Of a stretch of DNA of 45,554 bases, positions 12,546-26,020 are shown piece after piece. This stretch comes from Octopus sinensis (Eukaryota). The stretch lies in NCBI RefSeq assembly GCF_006345805.1, contig NW_021834704.1, positions 1-45,554 on the forward strand, in the 5' to 3' direction. Under the pieces are notes generated by a model. The model was given only the letters and a program-made list of their open reading frames with translations. It made no database searches and had not been told where the DNA came from. The translations under genes were made by a program, and so were the position numbers. Position 1 is the first letter of the stretch. Each line of letters begins with the position of its first letter.

Positions 12546-15071
12546 TTCGTTTGTTTAGGATAAACTCCTAAGCTGAGGGGATGAAAACAAACCAACACCA
12601 GTTATCAAGTGGTAACAGACAAATACACACACACTCTCACACTCAAACACACACACACATACATTTGATAGACGACTACAGTTTCCATCTACCAAATTCA
12701 CTCACAAGGCATTAGTTGACCACGAACTATAGAAGATTCTTGCTCAAAGTTGGACTAAATTGAAAAGCACATCCTCATTACTCAACCATGCCTGTACTTT
12801 ACATTTGATTATGAACAAAGATGGCCAATCTTGCTGCATGGCATTTGCAAGCAAGTGACTTTTATTGTAGCTCAAAGCTGATCAAAGCCTTGTGGGTGGA
12901 TGTGGTCGATGAAAACTAAAAGAGGTCTAGACTGTTTTTATCAAACTATTGTCTAAGGTTCACTTCAAAATCTTTTCTCAGCCCTCTTTCAGCATCACTT
13001 AGTACTATTGAATTAATCTTTGATGTAGAATGTTTAATGAATACAACAACTTATTTTGGATTTTGATAGAAAATAAACAGAATGATCCAGATTTATCTTT
13101 GATGTAGAATATGAAATGGGTGTTTGTTTTTATCTGTAATAATTTTAAAATAAAAAGTCAATGTAATATATAAAAGTGAACACACACACATGCACACACA
13201 AACAGTGATCTTCTTTAAATTTCCATGTATGAAATCCACTCACAAGGCTATGGTCAGCCCAGGCTACAGTAGAATACACATGCCCAATGTGTCATGCAGT
13301 GGGACTGAACTTGAAACCACACACTTGGAAAGCAAACTTATCAACCATACAGCCACACTTGCACCTCTGTGCTTGTTTCTTTCCTTATTTATATAATTTT
13401 CATCACTTTTCTAAATTATTTTATGCAAAAAGTTTTGGATAAATCACTATTCCTAAGCCAACTAAAGATTGTCAGCATCTTTTTGAAGTAATTTATCTAA
13501 AAAATAGTGAAATGGTTTCATTATACAAATGTTAAGTATTGATAAACCCAAACAAGGCCAGTCACAGTTGCGAATTATACACACACATGTAGATGAACTT
13601 CTGGTAAAAAGATTGCTTCTCAACCATGTCGTTCTCAATTTAGTTCCACGTGTTGGCATCTTGGGCAAATGTCTTTTGCTATAGCTCTGGGCCAGCTGAA
13701 GCCTTGCAAGTATATTTGGGAGAAGAAACCCATCGTGTGTGTGTGTATGTGTTACTGTCTCCTTCCCTTAATATTGCAGGTAAGTTGTAAACCATCGTAT
13801 AAGCAGTGTCCTTTGTTCCCAATCTTCTATGGAAGCATGTCTGGTTATGGAGAAATATTATCTAACTTGGAAACTAGCGAGGTTTGATGACAGGAAGGCC
13901 ATTCACCCATAGAAAATCTGCCTCAACAAAGTTATGTTTGACCAAGCATGGAATAGTGGATATTAAATTGTGATTATGATGGTATATACACATCAACACG
14001 ATAACTATCATATTAACAAAAGTTTATTTTGGACATAATTCCTATAAAAATCATTTTCATTTTTACCAAAACTTCACCTGTTAAGTAGTCTGGTAATAAG
14101 CCAAGTTTCAAGTGAAAAATAAATTTCTTCAATATTACACTTCTACATATCTTGTATATAATTCCAAAATTTGTTATCAGCAAAATGCTGTTGGATGAAA
14201 CGCTTAAAGTAAAGTCATTAATCGAAAGCTCTGAACTTCGAATGTGATAAAGTTGAAGGAAGAAGCCACTTTTTGTAGTTTTTAATTATTATTTTTTTTT
14301 ACACAAATCTAATGTTTCGAATATTAAACTAGATGTGGTGTTGACTTAAAATCAATATAGATGTGACTGCAGAATGTTATCGTTTAAGATTTAAATTTGT
14401 ACATTTATATGATAACATATATCATCATCATAATCATGGTCATCATCATCATTTTGTAACCATGTTAATCCAAGCATGGGTGGACAGTTTGACAGGATCT
14501 GGTGAGCCACAGGGTTGTGTTGAACTCCAGCCTCAACTTTGACATGGTCTCTACGACTGGATGCACTTCTAATGCTTTACAGTGTATCATGCTATTTTTT
14601 TTATGTGTCACCATTGCTAGTGAGGAAAAGAAGAGGGAAAAAAACACCACCCTTGACTAAGTTGGGTGAAGTATATGAGAGGAAATGGCGGCTTTATGCT
14701 GGGTGTTGAGAGTCTAAAGTATGATAAAAGGTATCCTATGACAGGGGTAACCTCTATCATACAGATATTTTGCTATCAGGAAGATCTCTGGCTATGCTGC
14801 ATTGCACAAGGGTGAACAGTATTAAGTGAGAAGAAGATAAAGATGGTAATGATGGGGTGCTAGTGCAAACTCCCGAGACATAAGAAGGTGAATATAAGAG
14901 AGGATGGAGATAGAAGACGAGAGGGATGAAGGTAAGGTGGATAGTTTCATGAGAGCATGAGGCGAGAATAACAGATGGTTATAGATGGGAGTAGAGGTGG
15001 ATGGAGTGAGTGATAGATATACATTAATATGTATTTGTATGTCTGTGTGTGTGTGTGTATGTATATATATA

Positions 15072-15745
15072 TATCATCATCATCGTTTAACATCCACTTT
15101 CCATGCTGGCATGGGTTGGACGATTTGACTGAGGACTGGCAAGCCAGAAGGCTGCACCAGTCTCCAATCTTGTCTGGCAAAGTTTCTACAGCTGGATACC
15201 CTTCCTAACACCGACCACTTCGAGTGTGTAGTGGGTGCTTTTTATGTGCCACCGCCATAAGGGCCAGTCAAGTGGTACTGGCAATGCCCACACTCAAATG
15301 GTGCTTTTACGTGCCACCTGCACAGGAGCCAGTTCAGTGGCACTGGCAACAACCATGCTTGAATGGTGCTTTTAACGTTCCACTGGCACGGCTGCCAATC
15401 AGGCAGTACTGTCATTGGCCATGACAGCAATTTCACTTGCCTCAACAGTTCTTTGCAAGCATAGTTTATTGTCCAATGATTGAAGGGTACTCTTAAATGG
15501 GCTGGTTATACAGCACTGGTATAGGCCATGGTTATGGTCTCACTAGGCTTGCCAGGTCTTCTGAAGCACAGCATATTTCCAAAGGTCTCAGTCACTTGTC
15601 ATTGCCTCATTGAGGCCCAATGTTCGAAGGTTGTGCTTCATTCCAGGTCTTCCTTGGTCTACCTCTTCCGCAGGTTCCCTCAACTGCTAGGGTTTGACAC
15701 TTTTTCACACAGCTGTCCTCATCCATTCGCAACACATGATCATAT
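15072..15745 (-). mobile_element. RTE LINE 3' end: ORF tail, 3' UTR with ~3 copies of a ~62-bp module, (GAT)n tail
   Basis: 15590-15740 is the reverse complement of the same ORF end as 30380-30590. The UTR ends in 'ggatgttaaacgatgatg'. Shorter 3' ends of the family occur at ~14455-14620, 20120-20330, 28560-28825, 39490-39955 and 43445-43748. Confidence 0.8.
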
Positions 15746-15756
15746 CAGCACAGTTG

Positions 15757-15796
<40 letters not shown>

Positions 15797-17929
15797 ACAC
15801 CACACACACACATATGTATGTGTATATATAATTAAATATTCACAGTATTTAAATATGAGCTACCAATGGTTTCATGCTGTGGAAACACAATATATATCAT
15901 GTCTTGTGGCTCATGCCTGAAGGGGTGCATGGAGACACAAAGCACAAAATCTGCTGAATTATTGTTTCCGCTACATTTAACTATTAGTATCTCATATTAA
16001 ATACCGTGTGTCTTAAATATTTATCTCTCACTGGATAGAGTACTTTCTTTGATAAAGAAGAGTTTATGTAACCATGATGTTCCAGTGATCTGATGAGCTA
16101 GCTTTCTTTATAGACATTAATTTGTGAATATACAATTCTATTGTACAACACTGAGCATACGTATTAATGCCAACATGTACACAGAATTTCTTGGATATTT
16201 GAAATTAATGCTACATTAAGAAGGTTGTGAAATGGTCATAATCCTCTGGACGTTGCATTGTTAAATAAATATATAATCAGCTCTCATATCTCCTGACTTT
16301 ATGGTTTCATATTTTACTCATGAAATGCCTTCAGTGATTGGATCTTCTGGATTTTCAGTGATGTGGACACTCTACCTTACACTTCTTTGTAATTGATTGC
16401 TCTGTGGATTGATAGCAGATTCCGTAAGAAGAGCTTTCTGTGTTAGTCATACAATCCTCTTATTCCACATCTTGTACTACTCATATGTATGTATGTATAA
16501 ATGTACATGCATGGGCATGCGTGCACACATCCATGTGCACACATGCACGCTCACACACACAGACTGTAATTTAATGTTAACTGCTTCTCTGAGAAATCTT
16601 GAGTCTGTTCCATTTAGTTTTCTTTCCTATGTCTTCATTAGAATCCACTTTAGTACAACTGTGTAAGAACACGGTTTCTATAGTTACTCAAGAACAGCTA
16701 ATCTTAAGCTCTCTGTTTAACTCTGAATTCCAAATGGTGTCCATCTCTGACTGAGCTGATCGTGTTTTTAGCAATGTGAATTTTAAAGCCTTTTTCTCTT
16801 TTTTCATCCCATCAGCACAATTACAAGAAATTGTTTATTTTTTTCTGACTTGTATCCAGCTGTTGTTAATAGGCAGCTGTCTTTTTGGATGTAAGCCATG
16901 TACTTTGTTTTATCCTCATCTGTATGTAAGTCAATCTGTGAAGCACCAAACTCAACTCACAATAAAAACATAATCTTGTTTTGTTGCATCAGATCTTAAT
17001 GCTAAGTCCTCATCTGTGGGGTGCACTGCAGGATGTTTCCTGCTGCATTCATATTGTGGTCTAAAACTGATTAAATCACCATCTTTTGTTGCTTCTCCCA
17101 TCACTTAGCCTCGTGCTATTATGAATGAGAAAGGGCTGAGGCTGCCAAAATATCAAAGGACACAGAGGTGTGGAGCACTTTAACAGTCAAAACTATTTTC
17201 CAGAGGATTCTGTAAGCAACTGATGCATTAAGTCAAGAGCTTTTTAGAAATCTTTGAATTTCAGTATTGCTGAAAACCATTCTGATGTGACTCCATCAAT
17301 GAGTATCCTTACTGCTTGTATCTATGCTGTTGTTCTTCTTCTACTTTTCCAAATCCATTTTGTTATGCAGAAGTGTATAACAAAAGGAGGCCTTATTCTA
17401 TTTGGGAACAATTTGCTGTGAATTTTTGCTGTCACCACTGTTCATGTGATATCTTTGTAATTTCTCAAAGATGCCAAGTTACCTTTCTTTAGAAATAGTA
17501 GGATTCTTCCCTGTCTCCACATTGTTCTCGTGTCTCTTTTGTATGTTTTAGTGTATCTGACTCATACACTGTTCGCTCTCCAGACATTTGTACATTACTG
17601 CATATACTCTGAGAAGTTGTGGTGCACCTGAGCACTGTATACAATAATTTCATTATTATTATTATAGCAGATATATAATTGTTAAAGTGGACAACAAACA
17701 TTAAGGCAAGACAAACATCATATACATTATTATTATTATTGGAAAAAATACCTCTCTGAAATTAACCCTAGGCAAGCGTACACACATATCGGATATCCAA
17801 ACCCTCCCACTGTGGTTAGACAATCTCGCCCACCTAGCACCCACACGCATAAAACTCAATCTAAGAATACTAACATCAAACCTTCCAACTCTCCTCTAAC
17901 ATACAGTAGGTATCACACCTCCCCAAACT

Positions 17930-18160
17930 TGCCTAATAAGAATGGTAGGAGATTTATTCTCTGGTATATACCTCCATTCACTTTAAACGTTAAGGGCCTC
18001 ACCAAAGCATTCTTTAAACTAGTAGATTCTAATTTCCCATGGAACCACAAGTACCATTCTGTCTTTAACAGATCCACTTTGAAATTATCCTATTCCTTTA
18101 CAGTAAATATAGAATCTATTATCATCTCAACTAACAAACGTACACTTAGCTCTTACTATC
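17930..18160 (+). mobile_element. Penelope-like element fragment (linker between RT and GIY-YIG)
   Basis: RRFILWYIPPF...FFKLVDSNFPWNHKYHSVFNRSTLKLSYS...IIISTNKRTL resembles the PLE motif R.I.WFNPPF...FL.L.D.HFP..H.L...FNR...K.SYS...II..HN..IL. Confidence 0.75.
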
Positions 18161-18294
18161 TAAATGCATACAACTCTACTATAGAACTACACAACGGAAA
18201 CATTAACACCGATCGCAGTAACATATCCAACATCCATGGCCCAACCACTTTAAACAACTTCAACATACATAATATTGTCCCCCACAGAGAGAGA

Positions 18295-18437
<143 letters not shown>

Positions 18438-18614
18438 GAGTTCACCTGTAGCAAGGCATGTCAGCAACCCTTTGGGGCTCTATAACCCCTCCCATTACAC
18501 CACTCTACTGGCTTATCTAAAATAGTTTCATTTGCTTGGTTAAAGAGTGCACAGTTGAAACTGACACAAGTACTAATAGGCACACTGATACTATATTATA
18601 ACCACTACAACTAA

Positions 18615-19123
18615 TATAGATGTTTTCGATCTAGTTTGAATTCTTTGCCATCAAATTTGAATTTTTCAGTTGATGCTCAAGCCTTGAAAAAAAAGAGAGT
18701 TAAACTATATCAGCCGTAAGGGAATACATGTCTATCTTATCTAACTCGTCCAGTAGCGCCCACCAATTGATATCTGAAAAGTTCGATGAAATAACTCATG
18801 AACACTGCAACAGCTTCTGCCAAAAGATGCTTCAACATATTTACGTCGTTGACAGAGCAAGGGGAGATAATAAACGAATGATTCTTTTTCTATTGTCTCC
18901 CCTTGTTCAGACCTGTCCACATAACGTAGCATCTTTTGGTAGAAGCTGTTGCAGTGTTCATGAGTTATTTCATCGAACTTTTCAGATATCAATTGGTGGG
19001 CTCTACTGGACGAGTTAGATAAGATAGACATGTATTCCCCTACAGCTGATGTAGTTTAACTCTCTTTTTTTTCAAGGCGTGATCACCAATTAAAAAATTC
19101 AAATTAGATCGAAAACATCTATA
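18615..19123. mobile_element. Foldback MITE (~510 bp) with ~200-bp inverted arms and TA ends
   Basis: Arms ~18615-18831 and ~18928-19123 are near-identical reverse complements; ORFs 18728+ and 18741- translate almost identically. Termini are TATAGATG...CATCTATA. Confidence 0.85.
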
Positions 19124-19139
19124 TATATATGTATGTATA

Positions 19140-19350
19140 TATCTATGTGTCTGTGTTTGTTCTTTACCGCCAGTTGACAACCAGTGTTGGTGTGTTTACA
19201 TTCCCCATAACTTTGAGGTTTGGTGCAAAGGAGACCAATAGAATAAGTACCAGACCTTAAAAAAAAATTGTTCGACTAAAACCCTTCTTCAAGGCTGTGC
19301 CCCAGCATAGCTGCAGTCAAAGGACTAAGGTAAAAGATAAAAGGTATATA
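19140..19350 (+). mobile_element. SINE 3' half
   Basis: 'gtgtctgtgtttgt...gacaacc...aataagtacc...ccccagcat...taaaagataaaag' is the reverse-complement match of 20570-20790. Confidence 0.65.
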
Positions 19351-19369
19351 TATAGGAATTGAAACTCAT

Positions 19370-20060
19370 TTCTGGTGCAGTTTTGCCTTCAGAGTGTTGA
19401 GTGAAGTATGAGGAATGCGCAATACTCTTGTTTCCAAAATGGACCAAACAGAAAAATCCAGTTTGAGATCAGGGCTTCTTGCAAGCCATACATCCTTGCC
19501 TGTGACAACAGAATATTCTTCTGAATTCAGTGTTGTGTTTGTTTGGAGCTGTGGGATGGTGCTGAGTCCTGTTGGGGGCTCCAAGGTGCACCTTAAAAGT
19601 GCTCATTCACCCATGGAAGCAGTTCAGCTTCTAAAATGTTGTCAATGTATCGCTGGTTGTTAATTTAACACCTCAGGGCACAGAAATAAGAGGAAACCCT
19701 CCATCGTCTGTCACAGTCACCCAACTATAACTGACTGTGGGTTTTGATGTTGATTTATAAGTCTACCATCGATGGAGCCGGACACACTCCAAAGTCGGTT
19801 GGTCATTCTGGTGCTTTACTGCCTGATCAATGTCAAATTCCTTTTCATCAGTGAACACCAAGTTGAGTAGTGTGCCTTCAGCAATCTGATGTAGGATAAG
19901 ACAACTTTTCTCCAGTCTCATGGCCTTATCAACTTGCATGAGCTCATGATGGTGGATAATCTTGGAGGGATGCGTCCAGATATCCTCCTTCAGCACTCAA
20001 TACATCAATGTCCAGCTTGTTTTTGCTCTGACAGCCAGTTTTCTGATAAAACAATGAGGA
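19370..20060 (-). mobile_element. maT/DD37D-type Tc1/mariner transposase remnant
   Basis: LVFTDEKEFDIDQAVKHQND and DVWLARSPDLKLDFSVWSILE resemble the family motifs FTDEKxF...NxQNDR and WPxxSPDLNPLDFSVW. Confidence 0.8.
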
Positions 20061-20569
20061 CTTCATTGTATCATTTCTCTGGTATTTTTGATAAACTGAG
20101 GGATTGACACATTTCTTTTTTGGCCATGTCCAGGATTATCAACAATGGAACCAGTCTGGGAAGCCAGGAGGCTGCACCAGGCCCCAATCTGATCTGGCAG
20201 TGTTTCTACAGCTGGATGCCCTTCCTGACACCAACCACTCCGTGAGTGTAGTGGGTGCTTTTTACGTGCCACCGGCATGGAAGCCAGTCAAGGTGGTGCT
20301 GGCGTCGGCCACATATGGATGGTGCTTTTATGATATAGATATATCATAATAATAACAATTTCTTTCGACTTTTGGCACAAGGTCTGCAATTTTTTAAGGG
20401 AGCAGCAGGCAGTAGATTACATCAACCTCAGTGCTTAACTGATAATTATTTCATCGAGCTGGATAGGATGAAAAACAAAGTCAGTTTTGACAGAATTTGA
20501 ACCTAAAACGTAGATCTCCAACACTTTTTGTCTCATCTTCTAACAATTCTGCTATTCTTCCCCCTTTAC

Positions 20570-20945
20570 TATTTTTTATCTTTTACTTATTTCTGTCATC
20601 AGGTTGTGGCCATGCTGGAGCACCTACCTAAAGAGTCTTTTAGTCAAATGAACTGATCTCAGTACTTATTTTTTAAAACCTTGTACCTATTCTATCAGTC
20701 TCTTTTACCAAACCACTAAGTTACAGGGATGTAAACAACCAAAATTGGTTGCCAAGTGATGGTGGGAGACAAACAGAAACAGAAAGTCATGCACACACAC
20801 ATAATGGGCTCCCTTCAGTTGACATTTACGAAATCCACTCAGACAGGTTTGTTCAGCCTGGGGCTACAGTAGAAGACAATGGCCCAAGATGTCATGCAAT
20901 GGGACTGAACCCAGAACCATGTGATTGGGAAGCAATCTTCTAATA
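20570..20945 (-). mobile_element. Near full-length tRNA-derived SINE (head, internal CA tract, 3' tail)
   Basis: The head matches the 25-kb array unit and the tail matches 19140-19350. It serves as the reference structure for the family. Confidence 0.75.
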
Positions 20946-22132
20946 CAGTTTCCCAATTTCTTAGATCTATTTTCAAGCCAAGTGTATCTCTTGATATGTT
21001 TGCTGCTATGACCTTGTTTTGTTTTGAAGAATTGGTAGAGTGGGTTTTGAGGGAAATTCAGCTGTTATTTCTAGTAGGTCAAATAACAATGTAGAAAATC
21101 CTTTCTTGTATATCAATTACCAAGATGGCAATAATGTGTCTATGGTTGATTAAGTGGAGTGAATTGAAGAATATTCAGAATAGAAAAAGAGGAAACCATA
21201 TTGGTCATACGAAAACATTTGTTCTAAGCTGTCTGGACCATTGTTTCTAATTATGGTTACCTCACAGGCATCAGTCTACAAATGGAACTTGTAACAGTGG
21301 TGGTGGTGGTCACAGCTCTGTTCTCCTCCTCGTGGTGGTGGTGGTGGTGGATCTAACCTCAGATCAGCCTTGATCCAAAATAAAAGTGATTCCATCCATA
21401 AACACTCCATCTTTTTTTTCTTTCCCAAAACTAATTTACTAAGAACAATATTAGCCAATAAAAAGATGATTGTTTGATTTGAGGAAGATTTAGTTATTTC
21501 TTGCAAGTCTGGCATAGGGTTAATTATTTAGAGAAGTAGGTAGATGGGCAGGGAGGGAGAATAGTTTGTTTTTTGGTAGGTCCGTAGGTCTGTGCGTAGG
21601 TATGTAGGTAGGTAGGTAGGTAAGTAGGTAGGTAAGCTGGCAGGCTGGTTGGTTTGTTGTGATTTAGCAGAGTAGGTAAATAGATCCAAGGGAAAGGAGG
21701 TATTTAGACAGGTAGGTATATAAGCGGAAGGATAAAGAGGTAGGCAGTCTTCTTTTTTTCTTGGGTAGAGAGATAAGTTAATTAAGTTGGCTGGAACAAA
21801 AATCTGAATCCAAAATTCAGAGTTGCTTATCAGTTCCAACTACCCACCCCTTTGCCAAACCTTCCAAAATAAGCAACACAACCAACCAACAAACCTTACC
21901 CCCCTCATAAGCAGAACAATAACAACAACAACAATAAGAATGCAAAAACCAAAACGCAAAGATTCTTTCGACTGGTTTGTGCTTTCATTTTAATGCCTGA
22001 ACACAGATGCAAATATGACCCCACAATGAAGCAAATGATAAGAGAAGGGGATAATTTATCGACTGCAGGAAATATTCCATAGGAATAACACCAGAAATGT
22101 TCCACTAGCAGCTAATCAATATGACATTATGT

Positions 22133-22168
<36 letters not shown>

Positions 22169-22539
22169 TGCCATATTCCCCCCACACCCCCAAATACATA
22201 AAGGTACATATGACTGAGTGTGTGTGTATAGGTATATATATATATATATATAATATATATATATATATTTTGTGAAATAGAAAGATGAATAATCTTGTTG
22301 CAGATTAATCAAAAGTTTAACCGATACCTTGGTAGCAAAAATCACAGCAGAAGACAGCACGGTTGGAGGTACAACCATATGGTGTTGCAACCGTGCGTTG
22401 GTGCGGATAATTGAATTTTAATATTATTAGTGAATTGAAGAAATGGAGTTGAACGATTTCTGTTCAATCTTCGTTCAACTCCATTTCTTCAATTCACTAA
22501 TAATATATATATATATATATATATATCATATCATCATAT

Positions 22540-23695
22540 CATCATCATTTAACGTCCGCATCTCCATGCTAGCATGGGTTGACGGTTCCACTGGGTCTGG
22601 TAGCCCGAATCTGCACCAGTCCAGTCAGATCTGGCAGTGTTTTCTACAGCTGGATGCCCTTCCTAACGCAACCACTCCGAGAGTGTAGTGGGTGATTTTA
22701 ATGTGCCACCGACACAGGTGCCAGACGATGGCTGGCAAACGCCACGCTTCGGATGGTTTTTATTATGTGCCACCGACAAGGTGCAAACAGGCTGGCAGCC
22801 GGCCACGCTCGATGGTGTTTTTTTATTGCCACCGACACAGGTGCCAGACGAGGCTGGCAGACGGCAACCTTCGGATGGTGTTTTTTTATGTGCCACCGAC
22901 ACAGGTGCCATACGAGGCTTGCAACGGCCACGCTCGTATGGGTTTTTATTGCCACCGACACAGGTGCCAGATGAGGCTGGCAAACGGCCACGATCGGATG
23001 GTGCTTGTTACGTGCCACAGCACGGAGGCCAGTCGATGCGGTACTGGCTACGGCCACGCTGGATGGTTTTCTTATGTGCCAGTGCCACCGGCACCGGCAC
23101 CACAAAGATACAATTCCATTGATGTTCATCTATTTTGATTTGTTTTGATTTTCAACTTGTCTCACAGGTCTTCACAAGTGTCACAAGAAGGAAGGTATGC
23201 CACAGGTGGACCGCCAGTCCCAGGTAGGGGCCATGGGTTATGGTCTCAATCAGCTAGTCTTGCCGGGTCTTCGGATGGTGTTTTTTAATGTGCCACCGAC
23301 ACAGGTGACAGATGAGCTGGGAACGGCACGATCGGATGGTGTTTGTCAAGTGCCCACCCACTGAACTACGGCCTGATGATTTCTTATGTGCCACAGGCAC
23401 TGGTACCAAACAAGAATAAATTCCATTGATGTTCATCTATTTTGTCTATTTGATTTGATTTGATTTGATTTCACTGCCTTCAACCGGTCTTCACACAGTG
23501 TCACAAGAAGGAAGGATGCACAGGTGACTGACTAGTCTTGCCGGTCTTCGGAAGGTGTTTTTATGTGCCACCACCGACACAGTGCCAGATGAGGCCGGCG
23601 AACGGCATGATAGGATGGTGTTTGTTACGTGCCCACAGCACGAGGCCGGTCGATGTGGAACTGGCTACGGCCACGTTCGGATGGTTCTCTTGTGA
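22540..23695 (-). mobile_element. RTE 3' UTR with an expanded array of ~62-bp modules and higher-order duplication
   Basis: Terminal motif at 22545-22700, then units starting 'gtgccaccgacacaggtgcc' about every 61-64 bp. The UTR block 'attccattgatgttcatct...tcacaagaaggaagg' occurs twice (~23110-23270 and ~23420-23550) and is the reverse-complement match of 30570-30770. Confidence 0.8.
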
Positions 23696-24262
23696 TATAT
23701 ATATATATATATATATATGTATATGTATATTTATACACACACATACATTATACACATGTATATTTACCTCTTTCGCCCTATATAGGTGTGTGTGTGCATT
23801 TATACTCACACATGCACATATATGTATGTGTATAGAGAGAGAGGGAGGGAGAGAGAGATGAGGGAGCCAATGAAGGAGATTATTTGTGTGTGTAGGAAAT
23901 CTACATACAATCTATGTCCATCATAATCACTCACATTAGTCAAATATAACACATGTTAGACTTACAATCATAATTAGTCTTGCTTTGACACTAACTAGAT
24001 GCTAGTTTATTAATTCTTCATATTTATTAGCATCCAGGGCCAACTTCCAACTGATTATTTAAGAGACAAATATTCCATGTACATTTACCTGAAATTTTGC
24101 ATTCATTTGCAACTGCTCTCATAGTTGTCTGCATTATTCTTTATCATCCTTCAGTTTTAACCATTTCTGTGCTTGCATATGGAGCTAATCATACAGTATG
24201 ATATCATAATTCCTCAGGCATTTCATTGAATCTTATTCACAAGAGACTGTTACAACTTAGCA

Positions 24263-24297
24263 TCCATATATATATATATATATATATAATATATATA

Positions 24298-24346
<49 letters not shown>

Positions 24347-24358
24347 TATATACATATA
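24263..24358. repeat. (TA)n microsatellite
   Basis: Direct reading. Confidence 0.95.
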
Positions 24359-25054
24359 CTTGTAGAGATACTCGCCATTGCTTGGGATTAAAGTGGTGTA
24401 GTCTGTATATATATTACAGGTGTGTTGAAACAGGTGATACGGGAAAGTGCAGCATTGACAACAAAGCATTTGTGGACTAATTCGAACCAGTGACATGTCA
24501 TGCATCAGTTTGGAGTATTCCAGACCCTAACTTGTCATGAAAACTTGGAGGTGGCGGGTATGAGATATGATTTTTGGGACATACTGAAAAGCTGTCAGTG
24601 GATATACTCTCCTTTGCAGCAGCGGTCAGCACAGCATCTAACATGACCCATCATATGGTTGACAGTCAAATGAATGTAGGTGCAATGGAGATAGGGTACG
24701 GAAATGGGTACATTCTGGAGAGGGGCTGCGATAGGAAGTGAGACTTGTTGCCATTTATGTTTTCCTTGTAAGTCGACCCTATTAATGAAAGCATGAACCA
24801 GGAGGAATTTTGAGAGGGCTGACCTTGTGGAAAAGAAGAGAGGGCTAAGCATAGTAATCCTATGCTTAACCCTTACCCTAAATGGACACAACATGGATAA
24901 TGAGAGAATAAAAGGGAAAGGGATAGAAATGTCTTCTTAGTTGGCTTTGTTAACAGAGGAAAGAGAATCTACCATTCTCATTTTCGCATCCACCATTCCT
25001 TGTTCACACAAGTCGGGCAGAAGTTGTTTTGGGGAATTTTTCTAGCGATATTGG

Positions 25055-25630
25055 GAGGACAAACACACATATATATACATATATACGATGGGCCTCTTTC
25101 AGTTTCCATCTACCAAATCCACTCACAAGGCTTTGGCCGGCCCGAGGCTATAGTAGATGACACTTGCCCAAGGTGCCACGCAGTGGGACTGAACCCAGAA
25201 CCATGTGGTTGGTAAGCAAGCTACTTACCACACAGCCACTCCTACACCTATATATATATATATATATATATACATATATACGATGGGCTTCTTTCAGTTT
25301 CCATCTACCAAATCCACTCACAAGGCATTGGTCGGCCCGAGGCTATAGTAGATGACACTTGCGCAAGGTACCACGCAGTGGGACTGAACCCAGAACCATG
25401 TGGTTGGTAAGCAAGCTACTTACCACACAGCCACTCCTACACCTATATATATATATATACATATATACGATGGGCTTCTTTCAGTTTCCATCTACCAAAT
25501 CCACTCACAAGGCTTTGGTCGGCCTGAGGCTATAGTAGATGACACTTGCCCAAGGTTCCATGCAATGGGACTGAATCCAGAACCATGTGGTTGGTAAGCA
25601 AGCTACTTACCACACAGCCACTCCTACACC

Positions 25631-25662
<32 letters not shown>

Positions 25663-26020
25663 TACGATGGGCTTCTTTCAGTTTCCATCTACCAAATCCA
25701 CTCACAAGGCTTTGGTCGGCCCAAGGCTATAGTAGATGACACTTGCCCAAGGTGCCATGCAGTGGGACTGAACCCAGAACCATGTGGTTGGTAAGCAAGC
25801 TACTTACCACACAGCCATTCCTACACCTATATATATATATATATATATATATATACGATGGGCTTCTTTCAGTTTCCATCTACCAAATCCACTCACAAGG
25901 CTTTGGTCGGCCCAAGGCTATAGTAGATGACACTTGCCCAAGGTGCCATGCAGTGGGACTGAACCCAGAACCATGTGGTTGGTAAGCAAGCTGCTTACCA
26001 CACAGCCACTCCTGCGCCTA
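25055..26020 (-). repeat. Head-to-tail array of five tRNA-SINE 5' halves (~167 bp each) separated by (TA)n
   Basis: Units at ~25084-25250, 25279-25446, 25466-25632, 25662-25828 and 25854-26020, each 'tacgatggg...ccactcct(a/g)c(a/g)ccta'. Confidence 0.95.

Noticed and set aside
18728-19031. Pair of near-identical 96-aa ORFs on opposite strands
   Set aside because: A consequence of the MITE's inverted arms, not genes.
22663-23138. Cys/His-rich ORFs (CHRHRCQ repeats) as a metal-binding protein
   Set aside because: Several frames on both strands are open because of the 62-bp repeat. There are no splice signals, and the DNA is RTE 3' UTR.
25084-26020. Retrozyme or hammerhead array, or tRNA gene cluster
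   Set aside because: No CUGAnGA/GAAA core seen on either strand and no complete cloverleaf. The units match SINE heads elsewhere in the window.
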